The notes under the pieces are model-generated. The model made no database searches and had not been told where the DNA came from. It was given only the letters and a program-made list of their open reading frames with translations. The translations under genes were made by a program, and so were the position numbers. A stretch of 64,000 nucleotides of DNA from Naegleria gruberi (taxonomy: Eukaryota): assembly GCA_000004985.1 (NCBI GenBank), contig GG738857.1; one strand, 5' to 3'. Position 1 is the stretch's first letter, and every line of letters begins with the position of its first letter. Shown here one piece after another: positions 44,932 through 55,360 of the stretch.

Positions 44932-45105
44932 ATTAGCACCATAACCTAGAGTTGTACAATATTCAAGAGAATACCAATTTTGACATCCAATTTGCGAAAA
45001 ACATTAATGTATTATAAAAACAACAATCTTATTTATTCTAAAAAAGTACTTGTTATTGTTTACGAAGATAATAAATAGATCAAAATGTTGCTGTAAAGAA
45101 AGTAT

Positions 45106-46707
45106 TTATTTCAGTAACACCTTGTACTCATCAATCTCTCCTTCACATAATTCCTCTAATTTTTCCTTTCTTTCTTTGTGATCCTCAAATGCACCTTCCA
45201 TATCGTATTCACTGTATAGTCTCTTCTTGATAAATAATTTCAATTCATTTCTGTCATTTTGGGTAGTATTTACATTGTCATTGAGATGTTTCAGCCACAG
45301 GACTTCAAAACATTTTCTGAGTTGAGTATCAGAGAGTTTTGTGAGTGGCTTAGCTCTAGCTTTAAATTCTTCAAATGTTTCTCCTTCCTTTTCGTCTGCC
45401 TTTCTCTTAGCTGCTTTAAATATTGGACCACATACTTCTACATCAACCTTATTTCTCATTAATTGGAATTCATCACCAGGGTTTTCCACAGTAACTTCAT
45501 AGCATTCTCTTGGTTCGTAGGTCTTTTCTTCCACATTTTGAAGAGCATTATATCCAATCAAACTCTTTTGTTCCTTGTAACCCTTGATGGCATATGTATA
45601 AATTGCAAGGAGGAGTTTTCTTCCATGTCCTTGACGTTGGAATGGAGGCAATATTAAAAATTGACTCACTCTCAATCTTCTCTTATCTTTTAATACACCA
45701 TCTTCTTTCTTCAGGGTAAAGAATGGATATATTGATGAGAAACCAACAGGTATATATTCGAAATTATTTTCATGATCCTTAATTTTTTCATATCTGAAAG
45801 AAGAGTCAATTTAAATTATTCATGTTGAAAACTTACACTAAAAAGAATTCCCATAGATTATCTTGATCATCAATATATGAAGTTCCTTCAATAAAGAATA
45901 GACACAAGAATTGCCATGGTTTGTGAAGTGCTGCAATTTGTGACATTGTACATTTGTAAATTTCAAAAACTTTTCCATCTCTATAATAAACATCAATTTG
46001 TTCTCCTTTTGGTGTATTTGGTTGATTTATCTTGGATTTAAATTCAGATAAATTTTCAGTATATGGGAAGTAGAGAGGGACTGCACTAAATTCCGAGAAT
46101 TGAAATTCCAACTCCTTTGCAGCAAAGATTGATTTAACATCTGTTGCGTCATCACTTTATAAAATCAGTTAAGTTATCCACTTTCCAATAAAACCTACCT
46201 CTTAGTGTCATACTGAACGTTAAACCAACAGTATAATGATTTAGTAAAATAGAAATTAATTCGGAGGTTCTCATAACCATCTAATACATTGTTATTATCA
46301 TATAACAATCAAAACATACCAATTTTTTCCTCTTCTCCAAATAATTGATAGGTGAATTGTGGATGGAATTCCATCAATTTATGATGATGTTCTACATCAT
46401 TTGTATCAATGTATTGTTGTTCAATATCGGATTCGTTTCTGACAAGACGGAAGCGAATAACATCGTTGGCACTACACGTTAATTCATCATCACGGCTTAC
46501 ATCTGATGCTTCATCTTGTTCTTCAAAATCTTCAAGATCATCTTCATGGGATTCAGCACCCTCCATCTCAACCATCTTGTTTAACTTGTTAAACTTTTTG
46601 GTTTCTTGTGAAGTATTGTGAATACTGCTTCCGCTATCGGTGAGTTGTTCTTCGTTGGTTGCTGTGCCAGAAATTGAGAGCTTCTTCTTCTTTGCAAATG
46701 GTTCCAT
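45106..46707 (-). CDS. hat1: histone acetyltransferase type B catalytic subunit HAT1, 4 exons
   Basis: FTYQLFGEEEKI, YENLRINFYFTKSLYCWFNVQY, FLCLFFIEGTSYIDDQDNLWEFFLV and RVSQFLILPPFQRQGHG are collinear with human/yeast HAT1. Exons approx 46707..46320, 46280..46199, 46154..45837, 45795..45106 (GTATGT, GTAGGT, GTAAGT donors; phases consistent). ATG is at 46707, and the ORF-track start at 46728 is a TTG. Confidence 0.85.
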
Positions 46708-46730
46708 TTTTTTTTGGTTTTTCAACAATA

Positions 46731-46762
46731 TTTGGCGCTAAACGATTTCATTTGGCGGGAAG
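46731..46762. promoter_or_regulatory. tandem E2F-type sites (TTTGGCGC at 46732-46739 and TTTGGCGGGAA at 46751-46761) 25-55 bp upstream of the HAT1 ATG
   Basis: Exact matches to the metazoan E2F consensus TTTSSCGC / TTTGGCGGGAA in otherwise AT-rich DNA. Confidence 0.5.
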
Positions 46763-46854
46763 AAATTCCTAAAATTTGTGTAATAATCCATTTCAACAAA
46801 ATTAAACTGAATTTGTTAGCTAATTGATTCAATAAATAATGAAATCTTTTATCT

Positions 46855-47570
46855 TTATCTTCTGAATCTTAAATTTGGCATGACAGCTGGCTTTAAATGT
46901 TGATAATGTTGAGAGCTAGTTCTTCCTTCTCTAATTCTTCTCATATGATCATTAGATCTTACTGGACTGCGTCTTGGAAATCTAATTGGTTCTCTACCAC
47001 CAATAGTAATTGGTTCAAGCACTCCACCAATTGGTTGAACAGATGGACTCCTTTTTATAGGATACTTTGGTTGGACCAAATTCTTTCTAATTTTCTTCAT
47101 AAAAGCGTCTGATCTCTTTGGTGACATGAATCCTCTTTGGCCAGCTCTTGGACTATTCTTTCTATTATATTCTTCTCTAATTCTCTTCATGAAGGAATCA
47201 GATCTCTTTGGGGACATGAATCCACGTCCTCTCTTAATAACTTTTGGATATCTTTCTCCAATTTCTCTTCCTGACCACTTTTTGGAATCGTTTGGCTTTT
47301 TGGTCAAAATATTTAGAATTTGATTTCTTCTTTTAATCTATGTTGAATATATTTCAGAATAAATTGTTATACTGTGAGATGAATAGTCCAAATTGATGAT
47401 CAACTTACCATTCCATTTCTTTCTCTCAATTGACTAACAATCTTTCCATCAAGGAAGAAGCCAAGACTTTCCCATCCTTGTTTTTCAAAACTGTCATCAG
47501 TTTGTTGTGCAAGAACGACAACATTCAACAAGGCGAAAAGGACAACCACAACTGCCACAGCAATCTTCAT
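46855..47570 (-). CDS. secreted basic repeat protein (candidate peptide precursor), 2 exons
   Basis: Exon 1 47570..47409 encodes signal peptide MKIAVAVVVVLFALLNVVVLAQQ..., GTAAGT donor, 71-nt intron, exon 2 47337..46855. Internal repeats are GRGFMSPKRSDSFMKRIRE / QRGFMSPKRSDAFMKKIRK / PRRSPVRSNDHMRRIRE. The protein is very basic and ends ...NLRFRR. Confidence 0.55.
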
Positions 47571-48662
47571 CTTGTTAATTTTTTTGCAATGGTGGTTACA
47601 ACCTTGCCATATCAAGATTGCTTCCTTCATTTCAACCTAATTGGAGTATTCGATTATAATGACTGTTCTTTGAGTGAAGAAATGGATATGATCTTTACAA
47701 TTTACAATTGCAAATAAATGGGTGATTTGGATGGACAAATTGTTTGGAAAAATGTCTTGCCCATCTGCTCATAGATTCAGTTTCAGTTTTTGTCAAGTGA
47801 ATTTAAGGGAGTGCCTTAGTGAACATCACCTGATACGTTCGCCTAACCTTCCCAATTCAATAGTGGAAGCATAAACTCTCTTCAATGGTTATTATCATTA
47901 TGCTCTTTTTTTGAAAACCCAATTATTTCAAAATGAAACAGTTCATCACTCTGATAAATGAAAACAAGGCGTTCGTTCTGTTGATTCAAGATGTTTTATT
48001 CAACACCAGATTCGTTTCTTAGAAGTGAATAGCATTGTTTGGAAGAAGCCAAAACCATCATCTGAAAAATTACAAATGAATCCCTAATCTCTATTCAAAA
48101 TCTCCATCTAGATTATTGTATCCATCACGTTTACAATTCACTACGGAAGCTCAAATCTTATTAATAACAACATCACCAAGAACCGAACAAATCTTTTATC
48201 TGACCGTTCCTTAACAATTTACAGTTCTTTTTTTTAGTATTTTGGGTTTGTCTCGCCATTTATTACAGCTGCTAAAACCTCAACTTCCGCAAGAAGCTAG
48301 GCCTTTGATTGGTCTCACCAAAGCAAAAATGCCCTTAAAAAAAAAGACACCCATTTCTTGTTACTTGGCTGCCCTTTTGCGCGTTTTTTTTGCAACTCAT
48401 CACCCTCTTGAGCCAGTGACTTTGTATTAATATATATTGGCGGAGAAGAATATAGCAATAATAATTTGATTCGGACTTTGTGTTCTTGTGTGATAGTAGT
48501 AGTATTTGTATTTTTTGATTGTAGTAGAATAGTCTCTCATTATCATTTTGACAAGTTTAAAGTGGACGTTATTTCATCATCAGCATCAGCATCAATAGAA
48601 AAGGTTTCGAACCTGTATAACTGTCATCTTGAATAATTATTTAATTACTGTATAATATAGAA

Positions 48663-50011
48663 ATGTTTTATGCCGCCGGAGCTAATGAACATGGTAGGTT
48701 ATTAGTAATAATTAAATAGTAAATTGATGGAATATCAAATTAATTTATAGGTCAATTGGGGAATGGTACTTACTCGAACGTTATGGATCTCTCTCCCATC
48801 AACATATCAGCTCATCACTATAGACAAAAAACCTATCGTCAGCTAGGTCCCAAATGTCTTGCTGATTTTGCATCACTCGATGAACGTTCATTGATTGGTC
48901 TTTGTAAAATTAAACAAATTGCTTGTGGTAAACGTCATACCATGATACTAACTGGTAAGTTATTGTATCACAGCATGTTCAAGCTAATTAAACTATTTAA
49001 ATAGAGGAAAATGATTTGTATGCTTGCGGAGATAATTCCAACTCTCAACTTGGAGTCTATGAAACAATATCCAATAATACTGTTGAATGGATAGATTTTG
49101 AACCCGCTAGGACGTCAAGAATTACCTCAATTGCTTGCAGCTCTAATTCTTCCTTTATATTTTTGGAAAATGGTGAAATGTACAAAACAAGTCCTAACAA
49201 AATCTCTAATTTATCCCACAAAAATTCATTTTTCAAACTTACCATCGATAGCAAGAGCCAAGTGAAGAATTTCTTTAGCTCACCAACAACGAGTAGATTC
49301 CACATACTAACCAATGATAATTCTGTATTTGTAGGAGGGGAAGATGAGCAAGGTTTTTGGTTGTCAAGACAAGACCAAGCTCTGAAACCGACATCATTCC
49401 CTATCATCACCAACCCAATTAAAATAATTTCAAGTGGAGGTTTCCATACAGTCATTATTACCGAGAAGAATGAATATTTCAGTTTGGGAGGAAATTATTT
49501 CTATCAACGAGGTGACACAGATGATAGAGCTGCCATTAGAGAAGGTACTAATTTACCATTCTCTGGAAAGGCTATTAGTCAAGTTTGTTGTGGACATTTC
49601 CACACACTAGTGTTGTGTGCAGATGGAAGCTTGTATGCTTGTGGTAAAAACAGTCATGGACAACTTGGAAGCCCAACCCTCAATGAAAAGAATCTCTACA
49701 TGAAAGTACCAATTAATGCCTATATACACTCAATGCTTTGTGGAACAGACCATACCGTATTATTATCAACTGATAAGAGAGTTATGAGATGTGGAAAAAA
49801 TGACAGAGGGCAAATCTTTATAGATTTCAAAAAGCAAAACTCATCATTTGAAATGCTGAAAGTCAAGGAGTTTGCCCATTTGGCTTGTGGTGCTCATTTT
49901 ACAATATGTTATGGAGACATGACCTATGTTATTAATCGTTTCCCAAAGATTGCTTCATTTCTGAAGAGAACAGAACTATCTGATGTGAGGATTAAGTGTT
50001 ATGACGATTAA
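48663..50011 (+). CDS. RCC1-repeat protein, 3 exons
   Basis: Exon 1 48663..48693 (MFYAAGANEHG), exon 2 48751..48954, exon 3 49005..50011. Motifs GQLGNG, YACGDNSNSQLG, YACGKNSHGQLG, MRCGKNDRGQIF. Confidence 0.7.
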
Positions 50012-50216
50012 TCAATTTTGAGACATTCACAATAAAAATATTTGCAAACAAAAGAATTAGACTTCCGGAAAAACTTTATATTACATAATTATGGACTTAA
50101 TTTCTAAATTAATCAAATTAAATCAGTAAATTAATCAGCAGAATTAATATGCTTAATTATGATCACATACAAAAAAGTAAACGTAGCTCAGAGACTTTTT
50201 GTTATTTGTATTTCTT

Positions 50217-52256
50217 TTATTGTTGGTTGGTATTGAGAATATACGATAGTTTGTGTTTAGGTTGATCTGGTAAACTATCTGAAGATTTGGAAAATGTTGA
50301 GTGTTTTTGTTTTTCGGTAGTCCATCTCTTAAATGAATCGAAAATGATATTATTCACGACAATATCCTCCAAACCACTAAAAAGTTCCTGCTGTCCAATA
50401 CCACTATTAATTTTGTATCTATATGAATCCAATTCTGTGCTTGAAATATTCAGCAATTTTGGAGCGTTTGGAGCCAAATACTTTTGATACATTTCCTTCT
50501 GCAGTTCACTTCTTTGCTGTAAATTGTTCAGCATCTTGTAGAATTGAACATCTTCCAAGAAGAGTATGGATTCTTCATTGTGCTCCTTAATACAGAACTC
50601 TTTAAATTCATTTCTCTTGGTGTGGTTGTCGAACATTTCCTTAAATTCAATTTTTTCTACGAGTTTGTTGTATTGGGTTTCCTTTTCCTTCAAGTGCTTC
50701 AAGAGGGATGTTTTATCTGTATGGTTGTGGATGAGAAGGACGCAAACCAAAATATAATCAGAGATTTCTTCTGTTGACTTATCCTCTGATTGATGCTTGT
50801 TTGCCTCAGTTTTGAGCATTTTACAAAAGTTGATAGAAACTCTCACATTGAACTCAATGCCCACCTTACTAGAGGCAACAGTTTCAAGATCGTGGAATGA
50901 TGCTTCATCTCCTTCAGTGAGGGCTTTTTCAAACATTTCTTTCAAATTGAGTTTTGGTAGAATTGAATTAATGATAGTTGACCTATCCTTTTCACCTCTT
51001 CTCAAATCAATTTCTGTCAGTGAAAACATGTTGTAGAATGCATTATTACAGTGAATAATGGATCCATCAGTTAGAATTGTAATGACAGCATCATCGATGG
51101 TGTTCAAAATTCTTCTTGTTCTCTGCTCCTCGAGAGAAATCTTATCCAATAGCACAGATAATTGTTGATGACTCTGAGCTAGATCTTTCGTCCTCTCTGC
51201 CACCTTAATTTCTAATTTGTTTTGAATGATGAGGTATTCCTTCTTTCTAAAATAGTCCTGAACCAATTGGAAGACTGCCAGAATGACTAGAACTGCCAAA
51301 ATAAAATTCAAAACAATACCAAAAGCAATTTCCACATAGTAGGTATCTTCGTGGGTCCATCCTTGTAAAGGTTTTAACAAGAGTTTGTATTCGCTATTGA
51401 GAATGGTCATATTTACAGAGATTGCATCATCAATGCTAGTCAAGTTGGTAGTGATACCATTTGTTGTCATGTTGGTACCATTTCTGGCCTCTAAGAAAAT
51501 TCTATTTTGTTCATATTCATATAATTGATATTCATAACCTTTGAGAGTATCATGGAGGTTGATTCTGTTGAATAATGTTGTAAAATAGATGATTGAACTC
51601 GATAATCCCCAAAATGTTTGATTAGGATAAAACAATGGGTACTGTGTAATGAGAGCAGCTGTTGCTAATCTCTTAATATAGATTGGTCCAAAGATTGTAG
51701 TTTCCTTCAGTTCAATTGCTCTGTTGATGGCTCTCAAGTGAGCTGCTTCACTACCAACAACCTTTCCATAAACAAACGAAAGAACAAGTCCCTTGTCAAT
51801 TTCGAATTGTGCTAATTCCGGATAAATTACATTTAACCTCGAACCAAGGTCTGCAAATGAAGAATCCGTTATTGTATAATTTGATGAATAAATTACTTGA
51901 GCAATTGAAACTAAACTACTCATTGACAATTCTATTTGTCTTTTCATGGCCAAGTAGGCTGTTAATCCCACCTGTGTAACTTGTGCCTTCTTTGTTTCCA
52001 TTCTATTATCATCAACAGTTTTTAAAACGACAGACGTCACCGGCACAGTCACACACAAGGCAACCAATGCCAGAACTAAACCCAATATTATACTCAATAT
52101 ATAGACTCCTCGTTGTCTTTTCGATAATTCTTGTTTCAAATTTCCTACAACATTTTCACTTGTTGAAAGAGCTTGTTTAGATTGTTTTAATGTTGGAGTT
52201 GAATCTCCAGCCACAGTTGGCCCAATTTCTTCGTCTATTAGCGAATCCAGCACCAT
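50217..52256 (-). CDS. membrane RGS-domain protein: TM - ~250-aa extracytoplasmic domain - TM - coiled region - PAS-like - C-terminal RGS
   Basis: TM helices VYILSIILGLVLALVALCV and YVEIAFGIVLNFILAVLVILAVF. PAS-like segment IDDAVITILTDGSIIHCNNAFYNMFSL. RGS core EFKEFCIKEHNEESILFLEDVQFYK...IFDSFKRW. Confidence 0.7.
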   Translation of the reverse strand: MVLDSLIDEEIGPTVAGDSTPTLKQSKQALSTSENVVGNLKQELSKRQRGVYILSIILGLVLALVALCVTVPVTSVVLKTVDDNRMETKKAQVTQVGLTAYLAMKRQIELSMSSLVSIAQVIYSSNYTITDSSFADLGSRLNVIYPELAQFEIDKGLVLSFVYGKVVGSEAAHLRAINRAIELKETTIFGPIYIKRLATAALITQYPLFYPNQTFWGLSSSIIYFTTLFNRINLHDTLKGYEYQLYEYEQNRIFLEARNGTNMTTNGITTNLTSIDDAISVNMTILNSEYKLLLKPLQGWTHEDTYYVEIAFGIVLNFILAVLVILAVFQLVQDYFRKKEYLIIQNKLEIKVAERTKDLAQSHQQLSVLLDKISLEEQRTRRILNTIDDAVITILTDGSIIHCNNAFYNMFSLTEIDLRRGEKDRSTIINSILPKLNLKEMFEKALTEGDEASFHDLETVASSKVGIEFNVRVSINFCKMLKTEANKHQSEDKSTEEISDYILVCVLLIHNHTDKTSLLKHLKEKETQYNKLVEKIEFKEMFDNHTKRNEFKEFCIKEHNEESILFLEDVQFYKMLNNLQQRSELQKEMYQKYLAPNAPKLLNISSTELDSYRYKINSGIGQQELFSGLEDIVVNNIIFDSFKRWTTEKQKHSTFSKSSDSLPDQPKHKLSYILNTNQQ

Positions 52257-53743
52257 TTGAATGTTGTGAGAGTGAATCTACAAAATATATTAAAAAGTGA
52301 GAAGAAGAATCAGTGTTGGCTTCTTTTTTTCAAAATTGTGTTGGAAATGTGATGGATGCTTTTTGTATAACACAATGATATTCTCTTATCCACACTATTA
52401 AAAATACTACTACTACTATCAAATATATTCAAAAAACAACTCTAAAAGGCTAACTCCTTCGCTACTAGAAATATTATTGTTATCGGTTGGAGAGTTTGTT
52501 TTTTTGGCGCGAATTTTTCAAAGCGAAAAACCAACAGGTTTGTGTTCTTTTTTTCAGAGTTGAAAAGCGGTAACTTGTTCCAGCTGGAAAGGAGAGCTTG
52601 CACCTTCTTTGTTAGAAAAAGTAACATGAAAGTGTTGAATGAATGGGAATTATGAGAGACTATGAAAATGCATGGAGATGATTGGTTGACAATTTGGCAG
52701 TGATGTTGATTTTCGTGAACTCACGTCGTAGTGTTGATTCTGTCTGTGGTAACCAAGTTGAGAAGGTGGTTGGACAAATAGCCAGTTAAGAGAAAGAGTT
52801 ACCATTTCAATTATTATGGCAAAAAACATTGTTGTTTTTAACAAGATGTAAAAACTGTATCTGTAATGGAGTGAAAACATTGTATGCAAGGAAAATAGTG
52901 TTGTAGTCATTGAATTACTGTTGTAATAACATGTTGAAAGCCATGTTTTAATTTGCAATTGCTTACAGTCACTGTCGATTGGGAAGTCATTTTAGATGTA
53001 AAAATGCACAAGGTAGCTTACAATGTGGAAAATAAAAAGGTTAAAGAGAATAATTGCATGAACCCGTTGGATTTCCAAATGTGGTGTTTGTTACAGGTTC
53101 ATAACCACTATACATATTTGGATGATTTAAAAAACAATAAGGAAGGAATTCAATATTTGAGGAACGATATACTGTTTGATGTGGTTTACTGTAAACAGTT
53201 CGATATCGATTGCATGAGTCCAATTTATTGTATTGTTTCAATTTCTCATTCTTTCTAATAACCAGCAAAGCCAACCGATGAAAACGCCATGTTCAACCAA
53301 CTCGAATTTCACATCAAAAGTTTTTAGTAATCCCCCTCATCAAGACAAACAAGTCAACTCTTTTTTTCATATTTGAATATGAGTGCTCACGCCTCCATTG
53401 CCTCGTGCTTAATGGACCAACAGGAAGACACATCAGCTAAGGGCATCCTCAATTGTGAAAGAATTTTGCCTGTACGGATAAATATGGATGAATTTCTATT
53501 GAGCATAAGTCTCCAATTGGAGTGTATCCAAACAGAGATGATGCACGTACAGGAAGAGGCACAACAGATTCAAGCTTGGTCAAGGGCGAGTTGTGTGTGT
53601 GATTTGATGATGCCTCGAATCGAGAGCTCTTACATCAGCAACAGCTACTACTCTTGAGGATATAGGCAGCATCCTTTATATAGAGACCATCAAGAAAAAA
53701 ACAACAACAATCTCATACTCATTTACCTTAGATCTTGTTAAGA

Positions 53744-54292
53744 ATGGGTGGATGTGCCAGTATGTGTTCTAGTAATGTACACGTTCCATCATCAGTGAGA
53801 AGGGACTGTTATACTCAATTAACAAAGACTTGTAGTACTGGAAGCGTTTGTAAGGAGAGTTGCTTTTCTACAACAACATTCAAGATTAAACACATCAAAT
53901 CTTTGGATGATATGTCTTCGACAGCTAATTGTTGGGAAAATGTTAATCTGCTCTCTAATAGAAGTAGTCTGAATCAATCAGTAATGCTTACTAATCAAGG
54001 TGTTCCAGTTCTAATGCTCTCTTCATTTTCTTCATCCTACTCTCCATCTTCAAATGCTAGTGTTTGTTCTTTTAGATCTAAAATTGAAGAACTGCCTCCA
54101 ATCACATCTAAGAATACTCCAATTAAATTACCACCTCTTGCTCAATCAACTGTTGAAGAAGCATGCAATACATCTCCAATCAAGAAATCCCACATTCCTT
54201 TCATTCTCATTCATGAATCCTCAGCCTCTAAGTTAAGCCCACCAAATACGTTGCCTTCGTTGGACTATGATTTCCTAGTGCCTGAAAGTTGA
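53744..54292 (+). CDS. small Ser-rich protein with MGGCAS N-terminus (possible N-myristoylation/palmitoylation); weak call
   Basis: 185-aa ORF in an otherwise ORF-poor 3-kb region. Confidence 0.25.
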   Translation: MGGCASMCSSNVHVPSSVRRDCYTQLTKTCSTGSVCKESCFSTTTFKIKHIKSLDDMSSTANCWENVNLLSNRSSLNQSVMLTNQGVPVLMLSSFSSSYSPSSNASVCSFRSKIEELPPITSKNTPIKLPPLAQSTVEEACNTSPIKKSHIPFILIHESSASKLSPPNTLPSLDYDFLVPES

Positions 54293-55360
54293 ATGCAGTA
54301 ACCCTTAATCGGAAGGAAGAGTAAAGTTGCAACTTGAGAATAAGGAATGAGAAGAAGCCAAACGAGACCTCAACAATTTGGTAATGATAACTGTTGCTTG
54401 AGGACATACAAATAAGGTTCTAATATTTCTATGCTAGTATTTGAACATGCCTTTATTGAAAAGGCATTAATAAAGACACTAACTGTTTAACTGGAATGAT
54501 GAGTCAATTTGTGCCTTGATTTCATACTAGCAGAATACCAACAGTTGATTGTATAATTCAATCCCTCTCTTACGTTTGATGGAAATAATGTGATAAATGT
54601 TAAAATCCGAATTCGGTGCGTGGCTAAGGGTCATTGAAGTGTCGATTGACATTAAATACACGACAGAGAAAAGTAGATTCGTGGCTATATTCAATGGTTA
54701 TCAGAGTTGGATATTATTATACTCTCCATTTCGCTTATCTCTCCTATTCCGACTTAATGATGATTGGAATCTTAATTGTGTCCTTTCATTGTCTACGATA
54801 ATGTCTCTTCGCAACAAACAAATAAACAATATGAAACGACCCCTAAAACCCTATTTTCCTCAATGCCATTAATAACATAGCTCTTGTCTCTAGTCAATTA
54901 TTGCAATGTCACTTGACAAGATATTTTACCTCAATGAAATTAAAGTAAACTCATAGCATTCTAATAGGTCTATAATGAACCTTATCCCAAGCTTCACAAT
55001 TGTGCCTCTCAACATGTTGAGACGTTTAAATCAAGTTCTCTATTCCATCAACCACAACCATTTCCAAATCTAAATCCACAACAACAATCTGAACTGTGTA
55101 AATTGAAATCTTCCTCAACAAGCAACAACAACTCCTCAATATCAAAGCTTGCCAGCACAAACAAACTCGTCCAAGCAATCATCACCTCAAAACAAGGATG
55201 GAACTTGTAACTCATCAAAAAAAAATAGTGCACACTGAACTCACTCTACAGGTGTGTTCACACTTCCGTTAGCCTCCATAAAGACATCAACAACAAGCAT
55301 TTTCATTCATCACCATCATCATTCCGAGCCAATACAATAATAATTTTTCTGTGATTAGAG

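Noticed and set aside
48581-48600. (CATCAG)3 microsatellite and various (GAT)n, (CAA)n, (AAT)n codon repeats
   Set aside because: These are ordinary short simple repeats or codon repeats encoding poly-D/Q/N and are not separate features.
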